64,000 nucleotides of DNA from a virus (taxonomy: Duplodnaviria; Caudoviricetes), in the IMG/VR virus record IMGVR_UViG_3300028048_000066, positions 84,164 to 148,163 of that record. The stretch is one strand, 5' to 3'. Shown piece after piece: positions 1-9,504 of the stretch. Below the pieces are notes generated by a model. It ran no database searches. It saw nothing but the letters and a program-made list of their open reading frames with translations, and was not told the DNA's origin. The translations under genes and the position numbers were made by a program. Positions within the stretch are counted from its first letter, which is position 1. Each line of letters opens with the position of its first letter.

Positions 1-114
1 ATACTACTATATATCTCTATTATAGTACTAGGTAAAGTAATTTTTCCAAAAGAAAAATTACAATAAAAAGAAAAGGTAAGGGCATTAAAGAAATAAATAA
101 AAAGTAATTAAGGA

Positions 115-143
115 TTGAAATTATTTAAAAAAAGTGGTATAAT
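115..143 (+). promoter_or_regulatory. sigma-A/sigma70-type early promoter (TTGAAA-N17-TATAAT, extended -10 TG)
   Basis: TTGAAA 115-120, TATAAT 138-143, 17-bp spacer, AAAAGTGG before -10 as in the other early promoters. Confidence 0.75.
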
Positions 144-213
144 ATTATTAGTAACCTCAGCAACTTCAAAAGAGTTGGAAGTATAAAATAAAGTTTTAGA
201 AGGAGAATGAAAT

Positions 214-1071
214 ATGTCAATTTATAGTGGCAAGTATGATTTAGCAGACCACATTGCAGGTCAAGGTGGTTGGTTTAACAAAGAAGGTAAACCAGTAGAG
301 TTTGGTGATAAAGATACTTATGTGTTTTGTTCAGATGAGTATAGAGACTTTTTAGCATTTAAGAAAAAGACAGGTGGAGTTATTCATCAACACATTAAAG
401 TTGAGGTAACCCCTTGGAATTTAGATTTTATTAAAGAGCATTGTAAAGATTTTGACTATATCAAGAATGTTGAGAAAGTTCCAGACAATAGAACAAAAGA
501 AGGTTATAGAGAAAAGACAACCTTTACTTATTACTATTGGAAACAAGAACACAATGACTTAAAGAAATTAAACAAGCAAGGTGTATATATTACTCTTGAT
601 ATTCATTTCAATACAATTTTAGATTTGATTCCATACTATCCTTATTTAGTTGGTGTTTGTTATACTGATAATGATGGTAGACAGGTTGTTTATATTTCAA
701 ATCAAAGTTTCGTTATTAAAGAAAGAAATGAAATGTTACGAGGTGGATTTGAAGACCTATGGGAATATTACAATAAGAAATTACAAGACCATTATAGAGA
801 AGTTGTTTTAAGATATTTTAATCCAGAAGGTAGGGAACATATAGAAGAATTAACCTTTGATGAAAATAGACAATCAAAAGTATCTAAACCTATTGATGAA
901 AACTTTGATGTTGAGTGGGATACTAATAAACCACATTGGACATCACCAAAAGTAATAGATTATGATAAAGGTATTATTGAAATGTCAGAAGAAGATTATA
1001 ATTACTATTTAGGTAAGACAATGAAAGTTAAATATGTAGAAAAGAAAGAACACGAGGTGCATTTATGGTAA
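214..1071 (+). CDS. hypothetical phage protein (285 aa)
   Basis: ORF with AAGGAG RBS; no recognisable family. Confidence 0.85.
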   Translation: MSIYSGKYDLADHIAGQGGWFNKEGKPVEFGDKDTYVFCSDEYRDFLAFKKKTGGVIHQHIKVEVTPWNLDFIKEHCKDFDYIKNVEKVPDNRTKEGYREKTTFTYYYWKQEHNDLKKLNKQGVYITLDIHFNTILDLIPYYPYLVGVCYTDNDGRQVVYISNQSFVIKERNEMLRGGFEDLWEYYNKKLQDHYREVVLRYFNPEGREHIEELTFDENRQSKVSKPIDENFDVEWDTNKPHWTSPKVIDYDKGIIEMSEEDYNYYLGKTMKVKYVEKKEHEVHLW

Positions 1072-1310
1072 GTAAAGACAGAATAAAATTAAGAGAAATT
1101 ACTGAACAAGTTAGCGATTTTATATGGATGCTAATAGAAGTAAGTGGTGACTTGAAAGATATAGAAGATAACAATGAAGATACTGAAGAAATTAAATGTG
1201 AATTGGATAATGCAGATGAGTATTTGAATATGGCAGTAAGACATTTAAGCACTTTCTGTGAATCTATTGATAAAGCATACAATATAGTTAAGGGGCAAGA
1301 GAACAAATGA
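1065..1310 (+). CDS. hypothetical protein
   Basis: GAGGTG RBS, overlaps neighbours in operon fashion. Confidence 0.75.
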   Translation: MVSKDRIKLREITEQVSDFIWMLIEVSGDLKDIEDNNEDTEEIKCELDNADEYLNMAVRHLSTFCESIDKAYNIVKGQENK

Positions 1311-1942
1311 GAGAAATTAAGTTTAGAGGAAAAAGAATAGATACTGGTGAGTGGGTATATGGATACCTTGTCAATAGTGGGCATCAAATAAATCCATATG
1401 AAGAGTTTTGGTGGATTGCTAAAAATCGTTATGATATTGGAACAGTATTTAATGAAGAAAGTTGTGATGATACATTTATCTGGAATAGAGTAGAACCAGA
1501 TACAATAGGTCAATATACAGGTTTAAAAGACAAGAATGGTATAGAGATTTACGAAGGAGATATTATTAAACTTTCAGCCATTAGAAAAGATTCTCGCACA
1601 GGAAAGGTTGAATACGACATTAGTTCTTGTAGTTATAGAATTACTGGAGATAAATTTAATTATTCACTAGTTATTTCAAAAGAAGATACTGAAGTTATAG
1701 GCAACATTTACGATAATCCAGAACTTTTTGAAGATAATAAAATGGAAGAAGATATAATTACAGAACAATTCGGAGCAAACCAAACAATTATTGACACAGA
1801 TGAGGAAAAATGTGTTGGAGATGTTAGACCAGAAGATATTCCTTATGATGAATATATGCAGGTTGTTAGAGAGAATGAAGAACTAAAAGAAACCATTGTT
1901 AAATTAGTAAAGAAATTAAATGGATGTTTATTTTTTGATTAA
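1307..1942 (+). CDS. yopX: YopX-family protein with extra C-terminal module
   Basis: MREIKFRGK..GEWVYG, TIGQYTGLKDKNGIEIYEGDII, EVIGNIYDNPEL are YopX hallmarks; about 65 extra residues follow the usual end. Confidence 0.9.
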   Translation: MREIKFRGKRIDTGEWVYGYLVNSGHQINPYEEFWWIAKNRYDIGTVFNEESCDDTFIWNRVEPDTIGQYTGLKDKNGIEIYEGDIIKLSAIRKDSRTGKVEYDISSCSYRITGDKFNYSLVISKEDTEVIGNIYDNPELFEDNKMEEDIITEQFGANQTIIDTDEEKCVGDVRPEDIPYDEYMQVVRENEELKETIVKLVKKLNGCLFFD

Positions 1943-1948
1943 GGAGAA
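1797..1948 (+). repeat. direct repeat copy 1 (about 150 bp; copy 2 at 7760-7910; 26-bp tail also at 8083-8108)
   Basis: CAGATGAGGAAAAATGTGTTGGAGATGTTAGACCAGAAGATATTCCTTATGATGAATATATG is identical at 1797-1858 and 7760-7821, then diverged similarity through stop/RBS. Confidence 0.95.
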
Positions 1949-1953
1949 TAAAA

Positions 1954-2580
1954 ATGAAACCAATGATAATACCATATAATGAAAAAACATTCACACCAGA
2001 AGAAGTTAAAGCGGGAATGGTGATAGAATTTATAGACTTTTTAATGAAACAAGATGCAAAGTCAAATGAAATTAAAGATAAAAAAAGAAGTTCAAATTAT
2101 GGTTATACGAATATTAACATAATAAGTAGTGATGGTTATTATGTGACTGTTCAATGGTGTGAGGTGTTATTTAATGATGATTCACCAAAGTTTGAGTTTG
2201 TAAATGAAGGTGAAACAGTCGCAACAGTATTAGAACTTCCAGATAATTCTACTATACTTTGTTGGGATGAAGATGATGCAAAAGAAACATTAGATGAATT
2301 CCTTAAAGAACATCCATATTACAAAAAGAATGAATATGGACACTGGTATAACGAGAATGAGCAAAAAGAGTGGGAAGAATGGGTAAAGAAAAATAATCCA
2401 GAATATGCAGAAGTGTTTGATATAAAGGATGATTTAAGCAATTTACATATAGGTGACCATACAGACCATACAGAAGATGGGTATGATATAGTGGAGTGTA
2501 TTGCTAATGATGAACAAGGTGAAAATTGTGATAATGATTGTGATACTTGTAAATATAATTTAAATAAGAAAGGTGAATAA
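1954..2580 (+). CDS. hypothetical protein, C-terminal Cys cluster (CDNDCDTC)
   Basis: AAGGAG RBS, ORF. Confidence 0.85.
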   Translation: MKPMIIPYNEKTFTPEEVKAGMVIEFIDFLMKQDAKSNEIKDKKRSSNYGYTNINIISSDGYYVTVQWCEVLFNDDSPKFEFVNEGETVATVLELPDNSTILCWDEDDAKETLDEFLKEHPYYKKNEYGHWYNENEQKEWEEWVKKNNPEYAEVFDIKDDLSNLHIGDHTDHTEDGYDIVECIANDEQGENCDNDCDTCKYNLNKKGE

Positions 2581-2582
2581 TT

Positions 2583-3095
2583 ATGAGTGATAAAAATAAA
2601 AAACAATATAAACAAGATATTAAAAGACATCAAAAAGAATTAGTTAAGATTGCAAAGTCTACATACCCTTGGGACTATTTTTATTCATTTGATTTTATCA
2701 TTGAGCATCTTAAAATGATGAAAGATTATTATAATGTTGGTTATAATGTTTGGAGTATTGAAGAGGATGTGTTGGAAAGAAAAGAAATTATAGATAAATT
2801 ACTTTATGAGTATGATTCTTATCTTGACTTACCAAGAATTGAAAGAGAAAAAATTGCAAAAAAGTTGGGTGTAGAAGTAGATAAAGTAGAGGACAACTTT
2901 AATCGTATTGAAACAGAAGAAATAATCAAATTAGATGGTAAAGAAACTAAATGCACTGGTATGAAGTTTGAAGAAAAATATTATCCATATGAAGTGTGGA
3001 CAAATTATATTAGAATGGTAAGCAAAACAGAAGAAAAACACTTTGATAATTTTATAGAGTTAATGAAAAGTGGATTTAGAAAATTATGTGATTAA
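2583..3095 (+). CDS. hypothetical phage protein
   Basis: AAGGTG RBS, ORF. Confidence 0.85.
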   Translation: MSDKNKKQYKQDIKRHQKELVKIAKSTYPWDYFYSFDFIIEHLKMMKDYYNVGYNVWSIEEDVLERKEIIDKLLYEYDSYLDLPRIEREKIAKKLGVEVDKVEDNFNRIETEEIIKLDGKETKCTGMKFEEKYYPYEVWTNYIRMVSKTEEKHFDNFIELMKSGFRKLCD

Positions 3096-3105
3096 GGAGT
3101 ATACT

Positions 3106-3591
3106 ATGGGATGTAATTATTATTTAGAACATAAAAACGGAGATTATTGGAATTTACCTAAGTCAGATAAACTTGGTGAAAAGGTAAACAGATTAGTAGT
3201 AAGTTCTAAAAACTATGGTTGGAGAACACAAACTTTATACATTGATGATTTAACTGAAAAGACTTATAAATTACATATTGGTAAAAAGTCTGCTGGTTGG
3301 AGATTTTCTTTATGTATGTATCCTTTCTTAAATATTTACACATTAGATGATTGGAAGATAAAACTAAATAAGAAAGATTCATATGTAGTTGTAGATGAAT
3401 ATGGGGATGAGGTTAGTGTTGAAGATTTGCTGAAAGAAATTGAAGATAAAGATGAAACATTATTAGCACACACAACAAGTTTTTATGACACAAGAGATAA
3501 AAGTGGTTTTGATGACTTCTTACCAACAATCTCAACATATATCAACACTTCAGGTGGATATGATTTAACACCTGATTGGGATTTTTGTTAA
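3106..3591 (+). CDS. conserved hypothetical phage protein (MGCNYY...LHIGKKSAGW)
   Basis: start moved to ATG 3106 behind AAGGAG; HIGKxSxGW motif is recurrent in phage hypotheticals. Confidence 0.8.
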   Translation: MGCNYYLEHKNGDYWNLPKSDKLGEKVNRLVVSSKNYGWRTQTLYIDDLTEKTYKLHIGKKSAGWRFSLCMYPFLNIYTLDDWKIKLNKKDSYVVVDEYGDEVSVEDLLKEIEDKDETLLAHTTSFYDTRDKSGFDDFLPTISTYINTSGGYDLTPDWDFC

Positions 3592-3647
3592 TTTAATGGT
3601 GGTATTTTTCTATGTCACTGTAGATGGAGAGGAAAGGAGAAAGAATT

Positions 3648-3947
3648 ATGAAATTAAAAAAGTATCAAGTAGTATTTGTAGATGAGTATAACAATTGGTA
3701 TCTTATTGGTTTCTTTGATAATTTATTAGATGCCGAACCAGAAGTAAATAGTATGTTAAAAGACTATAAGATGATAGATGATGATGGTGAAGAAGTAGAG
3801 TGTCAATTTGGTAATGATACACTATTAGGACATTTAGAAGAATATCCTAGCACTTTCTCTATGTGCTTTGATAGAATTATTGAAGTAAGTGAGGGGTGTG
3901 TAGAAGTTAGAGGATTTATATTTAATGAGGTAGAAGATGAAGATTAG
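3648..3947 (+). CDS. hypothetical protein
   Basis: start moved to ATG 3648 behind AAGGAG. Confidence 0.75.
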   Translation: MKLKKYQVVFVDEYNNWYLIGFFDNLLDAEPEVNSMLKDYKMIDDDGEEVECQFGNDTLLGHLEEYPSTFSMCFDRIIEVSEGCVEVRGFIFNEVEDED

Positions 3948-4431
3948 AAAGTGGGAAGAATTTTATAGAATCTGCAAAGAGTATTTAGATTTAATTATAG
4001 AAGCAGCACAAGATTCCGTAGTATTAAGTAAAGATTCACAAGATAAATTTAAGTTCTATTCAGAGTGTATTAAGAATTTGTTTGCACTTATATATGATAA
4101 CTGGGACTATGTTGAATGCACACCTGATTTCTTTAATATTGAAACAACAAGTGAAGATAGAGAGAAGTGGAAAGATGACAATGAGGTTTGCACATTTGAA
4201 GGTATGTGGGAATTCTTTGGATATAGGATTCCAGTATATGTAGATGATAATGGTCAACAAATGTACATCAAGTTTGAGATGTGTGATGGAGATGTTGTAG
4301 AATTATATAATGGTGCATATAATATTTCCAGTGATGGTTGTGCCTATCAAGTATTAGAATTCATTGAGAGAGACATTATAAATCAACTCAAAATCTATAT
4401 TAAAAAAGTATCTGGAATTGATTTTGATTAA
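3937..4431 (+). CDS. hypothetical protein
   Basis: GAGGT RBS, overlapping operon structure. Confidence 0.8.
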   Translation: MKIRKWEEFYRICKEYLDLIIEAAQDSVVLSKDSQDKFKFYSECIKNLFALIYDNWDYVECTPDFFNIETTSEDREKWKDDNEVCTFEGMWEFFGYRIPVYVDDNGQQMYIKFEMCDGDVVELYNGAYNISSDGCAYQVLEFIERDIINQLKIYIKKVSGIDFD

Positions 4432-4447
4432 AAGTTTTAAAAAGTTC

Positions 4448-4476
4448 TTGACATTTGTGATTAAAAGTTGTATAAT
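4448..4476 (+). promoter_or_regulatory. sigma-A early promoter (TTGACA-N17-TATAAT)
   Basis: perfect consensus: TTGACA 4448-4453, TATAAT 4471-4476. Confidence 0.9.
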
Positions 4477-4503
4477 ATATATAGTGAGAAAAAGGACATC
4501 AGT

Positions 4504-4710
4504 ATGAGAAAGGAAGATATTGATATTTATTTGAATAAAGATGTTTTAGTGACCACATTTAGTGAATCTTTGCTTTGTGGTCATTTAGAATATAATACAA
4601 GTGAGATGTTTAGAAACAATAATTATATGCTCACTAATACAGGTAGTGATTATACATACTACTTTAATGAAGATGTAGTAGAGAATATAAAAGAAAAGAA
4701 AGGAGAATAA
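4504..4710 (+). CDS. hypothetical small protein
   Basis: ATG 4504 behind AAGGA, downstream of promoter. Confidence 0.7.
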   Translation: MRKEDIDIYLNKDVLVTTFSESLLCGHLEYNTSEMFRNNNYMLTNTGSDYTYYFNEDVVENIKEKKGE

Positions 4711-4712
4711 AA

Positions 4713-4892
4713 ATGGCAAAAAAGAGTTTAGAAACAAGATTATTAGAGGATGCAAACAGTTTACTCAAAGAAGAGTATGATATTTCCAATGACAATGACA
4801 ATGCAGAAGTTCTTGTTAAAGAAATGGCACTTTTGAGAAAACTCATTGAACAAGTTGTATTTATGCTTAAGAAGTATAAGAGTGGTAAATAA
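4713..4892 (+). CDS. hypothetical 59-aa protein (MAKKSLETRLL...), not in ORF track
   Basis: AAGGAG RBS, ATG 4713, TAA 4890-4892. Confidence 0.75.
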   Translation: MAKKSLETRLLEDANSLLKEEYDISNDNDNAEVLVKEMALLRKLIEQVVFMLKKYKSGK

Positions 4893-4948
4893 TATAAATG
4901 ACATCTCATACTGTAAAGATGTTATATTATATTAAAGGATGATGAGAA

Positions 4949-5146
4949 ATGAAAAAGAAATTAAAACCGATGAAGGACTACAAATTAAGTGAAGTCAAAG
5001 ACATTTGTATTAAACAAAAACAATCAGCACATAGTTGTGTAGGATGTATGCTAGAAGAGTATTGCGATAAATACTTTGGTTTTTCTTATTCACCATCTAT
5101 GTGGGATATTGAAGAGGGTAAAAAGGATGGAATTAACAACAAATAA
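4949..5146 (+). CDS. Cys-rich small protein, paralog of 5425-5679
   Basis: shared MKDYKLSE.K.IC...C..C....C...P..W pattern. Confidence 0.75.
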   Translation: MKKKLKPMKDYKLSEVKDICIKQKQSAHSCVGCMLEEYCDKYFGFSYSPSMWDIEEGKKDGINNK

Positions 5147-5438
5147 ATGTAATGGTTGTATATATTACACAAAAATAAATACTTACACAACATCTCCATC
5201 TACAACACGAGATGAGTTAGTTGAAAAATATGGTGAATATTATACCTGCTCTAAACCTTATACTGTAAGGTGTCCAAGAGAAAGTGGTTGTGTTGTAGAA
5301 ATACCATCTACATCAATAATCGTAAATAGATGTATTATATGTGATAAAACTACTTCTAATGCGGAAGAAATGATTTGTGATGAATGTAAGAATGCAATAA
5401 AGAAATTAAAGGAAATGTTAGAGAATGAAAGATTATAA
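5127..5438 (+). CDS. Cys-rich (CxxC pairs) putative zinc-binding protein
   Basis: start moved to ATG 5127; CNGC, CIIC, CDEC. Confidence 0.7.
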   Translation: MELTTNKCNGCIYYTKINTYTTSPSTTRDELVEKYGEYYTCSKPYTVRCPRESGCVVEIPSTSIIVNRCIICDKTTSNAEEMICDECKNAIKKLKEMLENERL

Positions 5439-5679
5439 GTTAAGTGAAATTAAACAAATTTGTACAGACCAGGTAAGTTGCGAAATGTGTCCTATTAGTA
5501 AATTATGTGATGGTTGTTTTTATGATACGATAAGACTTCCTTGGCAGTGGGATTTAACTGAATTAGATAGAGAAGAAGAAACTTTTTATACAACATCAGC
5601 ATCAACATCGGATGAACCATTAGTAGTAGAAGTAAAAACTCCAGATGAATTTATTATCTATAATGAGAAAGGAGAATAA
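5425..5679 (+). CDS. Cys-rich small protein, paralog of 4949-5146
   Basis: MKDYKLSEIKQIC..CEMC..LC. Confidence 0.75.
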   Translation: MKDYKLSEIKQICTDQVSCEMCPISKLCDGCFYDTIRLPWQWDLTELDREEETFYTTSASTSDEPLVVEVKTPDEFIIYNEKGE

Positions 5680-5681
5680 AT

Positions 5682-6002
5682 ATGGATATTAAACAAAAAA
5701 GAATAGCAGTTAGTTATGATGATATATTAAAGTTTAAAGCAAATGTAACAGTAGAACAAGTTACAGAAGGACTTATATCTCAACTTGCTCGTCAGTTTGA
5801 CAATGCTATTTTCTATACCAGTTTTGAGTATATTAAGAATCAAATAACAAAACTAGAAAAGAAAAAACCAATTACTAAAAAAGGAAAAATAAAAAAAGAG
5901 ACTGCTTTGGTAGGTTTAAACACAGCCAGATTTACAATGGAGTACTATATTAGCGTAAACAAGGATTATTTTGAACTAATAAATAGTAACGAGAAACTTT
6001 AA
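5682..6002 (+). CDS. hypothetical protein
   Basis: AAGGAG RBS. Confidence 0.75.
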   Translation: MDIKQKRIAVSYDDILKFKANVTVEQVTEGLISQLARQFDNAIFYTSFEYIKNQITKLEKKKPITKKGKIKKETALVGLNTARFTMEYYISVNKDYFELINSNEKL

Positions 6003-6027
6003 TAAGAATAAGTGAGGTGGAATAAAT

Positions 6028-6159
6028 ATGGATAAGATATTATATATTTGTTTAGGTATTCTTGCTATATCAACTATTTTAATGACAATCATTGACCTTG
6101 CTATATATAAAGTTAAACTAAAAATTAAGATGGAGAAAGAAAATGATAACAATAACTAA
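6028..6159 (+). CDS. small single-pass membrane protein (43 aa), not in ORF track
   Basis: GAGGTG RBS; MDKILYICLGILAISTILMTIIDLAIYK hydrophobic helix. Confidence 0.65.
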   Translation: MDKILYICLGILAISTILMTIIDLAIYKVKLKIKMEKENDNNN

Positions 6160-6415
6160 TAAAGAATTAGGTGAAGAAATTAGATATATAATTTTAGAGT
6201 TTGTAAACAAAGCAGGTGGACAAACAAAATATGTTGAAGAACTTTGTGATATATTAGATGAAAGATTGGTAGAATTAGACATATTAAAAGAAAAAGTTTT
6301 ATTAGATTTCGTAAATTATTTAAACAAATCATTGAAAGGAAACATTGATGAGACAGTAAATATTATGTGGATAAGTTCACAATTAACTAATTATTTAAGG
6401 GAGAATGATTTATGA
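6143..6415 (+). CDS. hypothetical protein
   Basis: GGAG RBS. Confidence 0.7.
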   Translation: MITITNKELGEEIRYIILEFVNKAGGQTKYVEELCDILDERLVELDILKEKVLLDFVNYLNKSLKGNIDETVNIMWISSQLTNYLRENDL

Positions 6416-6699
6416 TAAGTAAAGAAGCAATGAATGAATTAGGAATAACTATAAATAAAAAATATAAATATAGAAAAATTCCAAGTAATATCCATAAAAT
6501 GTATAGCACTATCTGTAGAAGATTGATAGCATTCAATTATATAAAGAAATTAACTGATGTAAGTTTTGTAGAAACGCCTGATGGTGAATATATTATGTTG
6601 ATAAACAATATGGATAGTCCAATTACAATTAAGACTAAGTTTGAATATGAATTGTTAAAAGAAGCATTTGAAGAAGAGGATAAAGAAGATGACAAATAG
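6412..6699 (+). CDS. hypothetical protein
   Basis: GGGAG RBS, ATGA overlap with upstream stop. Confidence 0.75.
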   Translation: MISKEAMNELGITINKKYKYRKIPSNIHKMYSTICRRLIAFNYIKKLTDVSFVETPDGEYIMLINNMDSPITIKTKFEYELLKEAFEEEDKEDDK

Positions 6700-6970
6700 A
6701 GAAAATAAAAGACCATTAACTAAAACAGAAGATAAAAAACTTAAGCAATTTGAGATGGAAAAGGAAAAAATTGAGTTTTCAATTAAAAGAGCATTAGAAA
6801 TAATTAGAGAAACAGATAGTGAAAACCAAATGGATGAAGCAGCATCATTTATAATGTCAAAATTACCAGAGTTTGTGAAAGTAAGTAAACAAGCAAATGT
6901 ATTACAACTTAAGGTAGATAAATTTTTAAGAGAAAAACACAATGAATGGTTAAGAAAAATAGGAGAATAA
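6689..6970 (+). CDS. hypothetical protein
   Basis: start moved to ATG 6689 behind GAGGA. Confidence 0.7.
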   Translation: MTNRENKRPLTKTEDKKLKQFEMEKEKIEFSIKRALEIIRETDSENQMDEAASFIMSKLPEFVKVSKQANVLQLKVDKFLREKHNEWLRKIGE

Positions 6971-6972
6971 AA

Positions 6973-7194
6973 ATGACAAATAGAGAATGGTTAAACACTT
7001 TAACAGATGAAGAATTTGCAGAATGGTGTATAGTAGACCACTTCTACAGATTTAAGCAAATAGAGGGAACACTAGAATCTGGTGAAAAAGTTATTATTGA
7101 TGTTCCAGAGCAAGAAACATTAAGAGAAATCGCATCAAGTAATACATCTTCTCTAGGTGGTGTATTAACTTGGTTAAAGAAGGAGAGATATTAA
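6973..7194 (+). CDS. conserved small phage protein (MTNREWL..LTDEEFAEW)
   Basis: start moved to ATG 6973 behind AGGAG; N-terminal motif common in Firmicutes phage small proteins. Confidence 0.75.
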   Translation: MTNREWLNTLTDEEFAEWCIVDHFYRFKQIEGTLESGEKVIIDVPEQETLREIASSNTSSLGGVLTWLKKERY

Positions 7195-7195
7195 A

Positions 7196-7507
7196 ATGAC
7201 AGATAAAGAAGCGTTTGATAATATAGTATTTCAAAGAAGAGGTAGTAATATGCATCTAGGGGATATTTATAAAGATGATATTGCTCAAGTATACAATGCT
7301 CTGGAGATATTACAAATTATAAAGGAACATTTGCATATTTATGAAAACGATGCTTTTGCTTTTGCCGATGCTTTTGCAATGTATTGGGGTGCGGGTAGTA
7401 GTGATTCTGAATATAAAAAATATAATGAAGAAGAGTATAGGAAAAAAGAAAGAGTAAAAGAATGGTGGAAAGGATGGTATTATCCTAATTACAGAAAAGG
7501 AGAATAA
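7196..7507 (+). CDS. hypothetical protein, LE(I/V)L.IIK...(E/K)W family
   Basis: shares LEILQIIK and KEW motifs with 8689 and 9744 genes. Confidence 0.75.
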   Translation: MTDKEAFDNIVFQRRGSNMHLGDIYKDDIAQVYNALEILQIIKEHLHIYENDAFAFADAFAMYWGAGSSDSEYKKYNEEEYRKKERVKEWWKGWYYPNYRKGE

Positions 7508-7509
7508 AA

Positions 7510-7902
7510 ATGAAGTACATTAAGAAACCAGTAGAAATAGAAGCAATACAATACAATGGAGATAACCTACAAGAATGTATTAACTTTCTTGATTATGCCA
7601 ACTATTATACAGCGTGGAATGGAGATGGCGAAAGAACATTATTTATTAAAACTCTTGAAGGAGATATGAAGGTATCTTTAGGTGATTATATTATCAAAGG
7701 TGTTAAAGGAGAATACTATCCTTGTAAACCTGATATTTTTGAAGAATCATATAATAATGCAGATGAGGAAAAATGTGTTGGAGATGTTAGACCAGAAGAT
7801 ATTCCTTATGATGAATATATGAAAATTGTTAGAGAGAACGCTGAATTAAAAGAAACTATTATTAAATTAGTTAAAAAAATTAAATGGGTGTTTATTTTTT
7901 GA
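7510..7902 (+). CDS. conserved phage protein (KKPVEIEAIQ...TLEGDM..GDYIIKG..GEYYPCKPDIF) fused to the C-terminal module shared with yopX
   Basis: widespread phage hypothetical motif; last about 45 aa duplicate the yopX C-terminus. Confidence 0.85.
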   Translation: MKYIKKPVEIEAIQYNGDNLQECINFLDYANYYTAWNGDGERTLFIKTLEGDMKVSLGDYIIKGVKGEYYPCKPDIFEESYNNADEEKCVGDVRPEDIPYDEYMKIVRENAELKETIIKLVKKIKWVFIF

Positions 7903-7910
7903 TTAGGGAG
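7760..7910 (+). repeat. direct repeat copy 2 of 1797-1948
   Basis: 62 bp identical then diverged; a 1-nt insertion changes the last codons. Confidence 0.95.
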
Positions 7911-8114
7911 TTTGAATATGAAAAAGGGTAAGAAACTAATTAGGACAAATATGAATATCCATAATAATATGTTTCGTATTACTGTAAAATATGGTAAGCA
8001 AATATTTAAGTGTTTTTTTGATAGAGAAGTATTTAACTGCTATAAAATGGTGAGAAAATAAAATAGAAACTTTAATAAGATAGATGTTTATTTTTTGATT
8101 AAGGAGAAAGAGAT

Positions 8115-8699
8115 ATGAAAATTGATAAAACAAAATTAAAAATAGGATTGTGGTATGAAGACAAAGATGGAAATGTTGTGAACTATCCAGAGGATGAAGT
8201 TACATCTGAAAGAATTAAAGAATTAGGAATAGATACTTACCACACAAGTTATCCATTAGAAATTACACATACAATAAACAAGTTTTATGATAACAAAGAT
8301 ACTTGCAAACACCCATTAAAATATCGTAAAAGAACAGGTGGGTGGATTAAAGGCATTAAAGGTTGTAAATGCACTAAATGTGGTAAAGAGAAAGTAGGTA
8401 AATCTTATGTACCATTTGTGTTTATGAAATGGGAAGATGGTGCTGATAGTTTTAAATTGTTGACAGGACATACTCATCTTGGTAAGGGTAGTGAAGAGTT
8501 GATACTAGCAATGGTAAATAGTGGAGATTATACATTAAGTGAAGCAATGTGTATTCTTGGCAATTGCTGTGAAAGATGTCTAAATGTTTTGTCATATAAA
8601 TATTTAGATGGAAAAGATGGGTATCCTGAATATTCAGAAGAGTGGAAGAAAACAAATACATCTTGTGAATTTTGTGAAGGAGAAGAAAATGACAAGTAA
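8115..8699 (+). CDS. Cys-rich hypothetical protein
   Basis: AAGGAG RBS; CKH, CTKC, CCERC, CEFC. Confidence 0.85.
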   Translation: MKIDKTKLKIGLWYEDKDGNVVNYPEDEVTSERIKELGIDTYHTSYPLEITHTINKFYDNKDTCKHPLKYRKRTGGWIKGIKGCKCTKCGKEKVGKSYVPFVFMKWEDGADSFKLLTGHTHLGKGSEELILAMVNSGDYTLSEAMCILGNCCERCLNVLSYKYLDGKDGYPEYSEEWKKTNTSCEFCEGEENDK

Positions 8700-8991
8700 A
8701 GAAGCATTATGCGAAATATTAAAAAGAACAGATAAAAAAGAAAGCGAATACACAACTAAATGTGCAGAGATTATTGTTAGAGATTTAGAAATATTAGATA
8801 TTATTAAATCACACATTATCAATAAAACTTTTATTATGGGTAGCGATTATGATGATTATAATATAATTCAATTTGAAGTGGCTATAAAAGAATTAAAACC
8901 ATATATTAAAGAAGATATAAAATGTGTGCCTATAACAGTTGCTAATAATTCTTTTACTTTGATAAAGGAATGGTTGGATAATGACAAGTAA
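8689..8991 (+). CDS. hypothetical protein, LE(I/V)L.IIK...(E/K)W family
   Basis: start moved to ATG 8689 behind AAGGAG; MTSKEAL...DLEILDIIK...IKEWL. Confidence 0.8.
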   Translation: MTSKEALCEILKRTDKKESEYTTKCAEIIVRDLEILDIIKSHIINKTFIMGSDYDDYNIIQFEVAIKELKPYIKEDIKCVPITVANNSFTLIKEWLDNDK

Positions 8992-9259
8992 AGAATATTT
9001 ATTTAAAGTAGGAGATAAAGTAGTATTAAAAGAAAATTTGCTTATAGTTGAAATTGTAAAACTAGGTAAGAAAAATGAATATGAAGTACTTTATCCGCAT
9101 CTTAGAGAAAAAAATACCTTTTGGGTTAAAGAAAATGAATTACAAGAAAAGCCATATGATTATAATGAAAAAATATTTATGGCATATATAGAATATCGTG
9201 TTAAATATTATGATTTATTAAAAAGATTGTATAGTCCAAGTGTAAGAGATAGATATTAA
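8981..9259 (+). CDS. hypothetical protein with SH3/KOW-like N-terminus (FKVGDKV)
   Basis: FKVGDKVVL...YEV...WVKENEL pattern. Confidence 0.7.
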   Translation: MTSKEYLFKVGDKVVLKENLLIVEIVKLGKKNEYEVLYPHLREKNTFWVKENELQEKPYDYNEKIFMAYIEYRVKYYDLLKRLYSPSVRDRY

Positions 9260-9269
9260 GGAGAGAAAA

Positions 9270-9458
9270 ATGGCAACTAATTTAACATTAATTAATAAAG
9301 ATTTACAAGAATCAAAGAACACAATTTTTATTAAAGTTGATAAAACAGACTTCCAATCATTAGGAAGAATATTAAATGAAATAGGATGGGAAAACATATT
9401 ACAAATAATTCCATCGGTTGAATTCAATACTACTTTATATACAATTATTCACACATAG
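9270..9458 (+). CDS. hypothetical small protein
   Basis: AAGGAG RBS. Confidence 0.7.
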   Translation: MATNLTLINKDLQESKNTIFIKVDKTDFQSLGRILNEIGWENILQIIPSVEFNTTLYTIIHT

Positions 9459-9504
9459 ATAAATAGTAAATTAAAAATAGATAATAACATAAGGAGAAAT
9501 AAAA

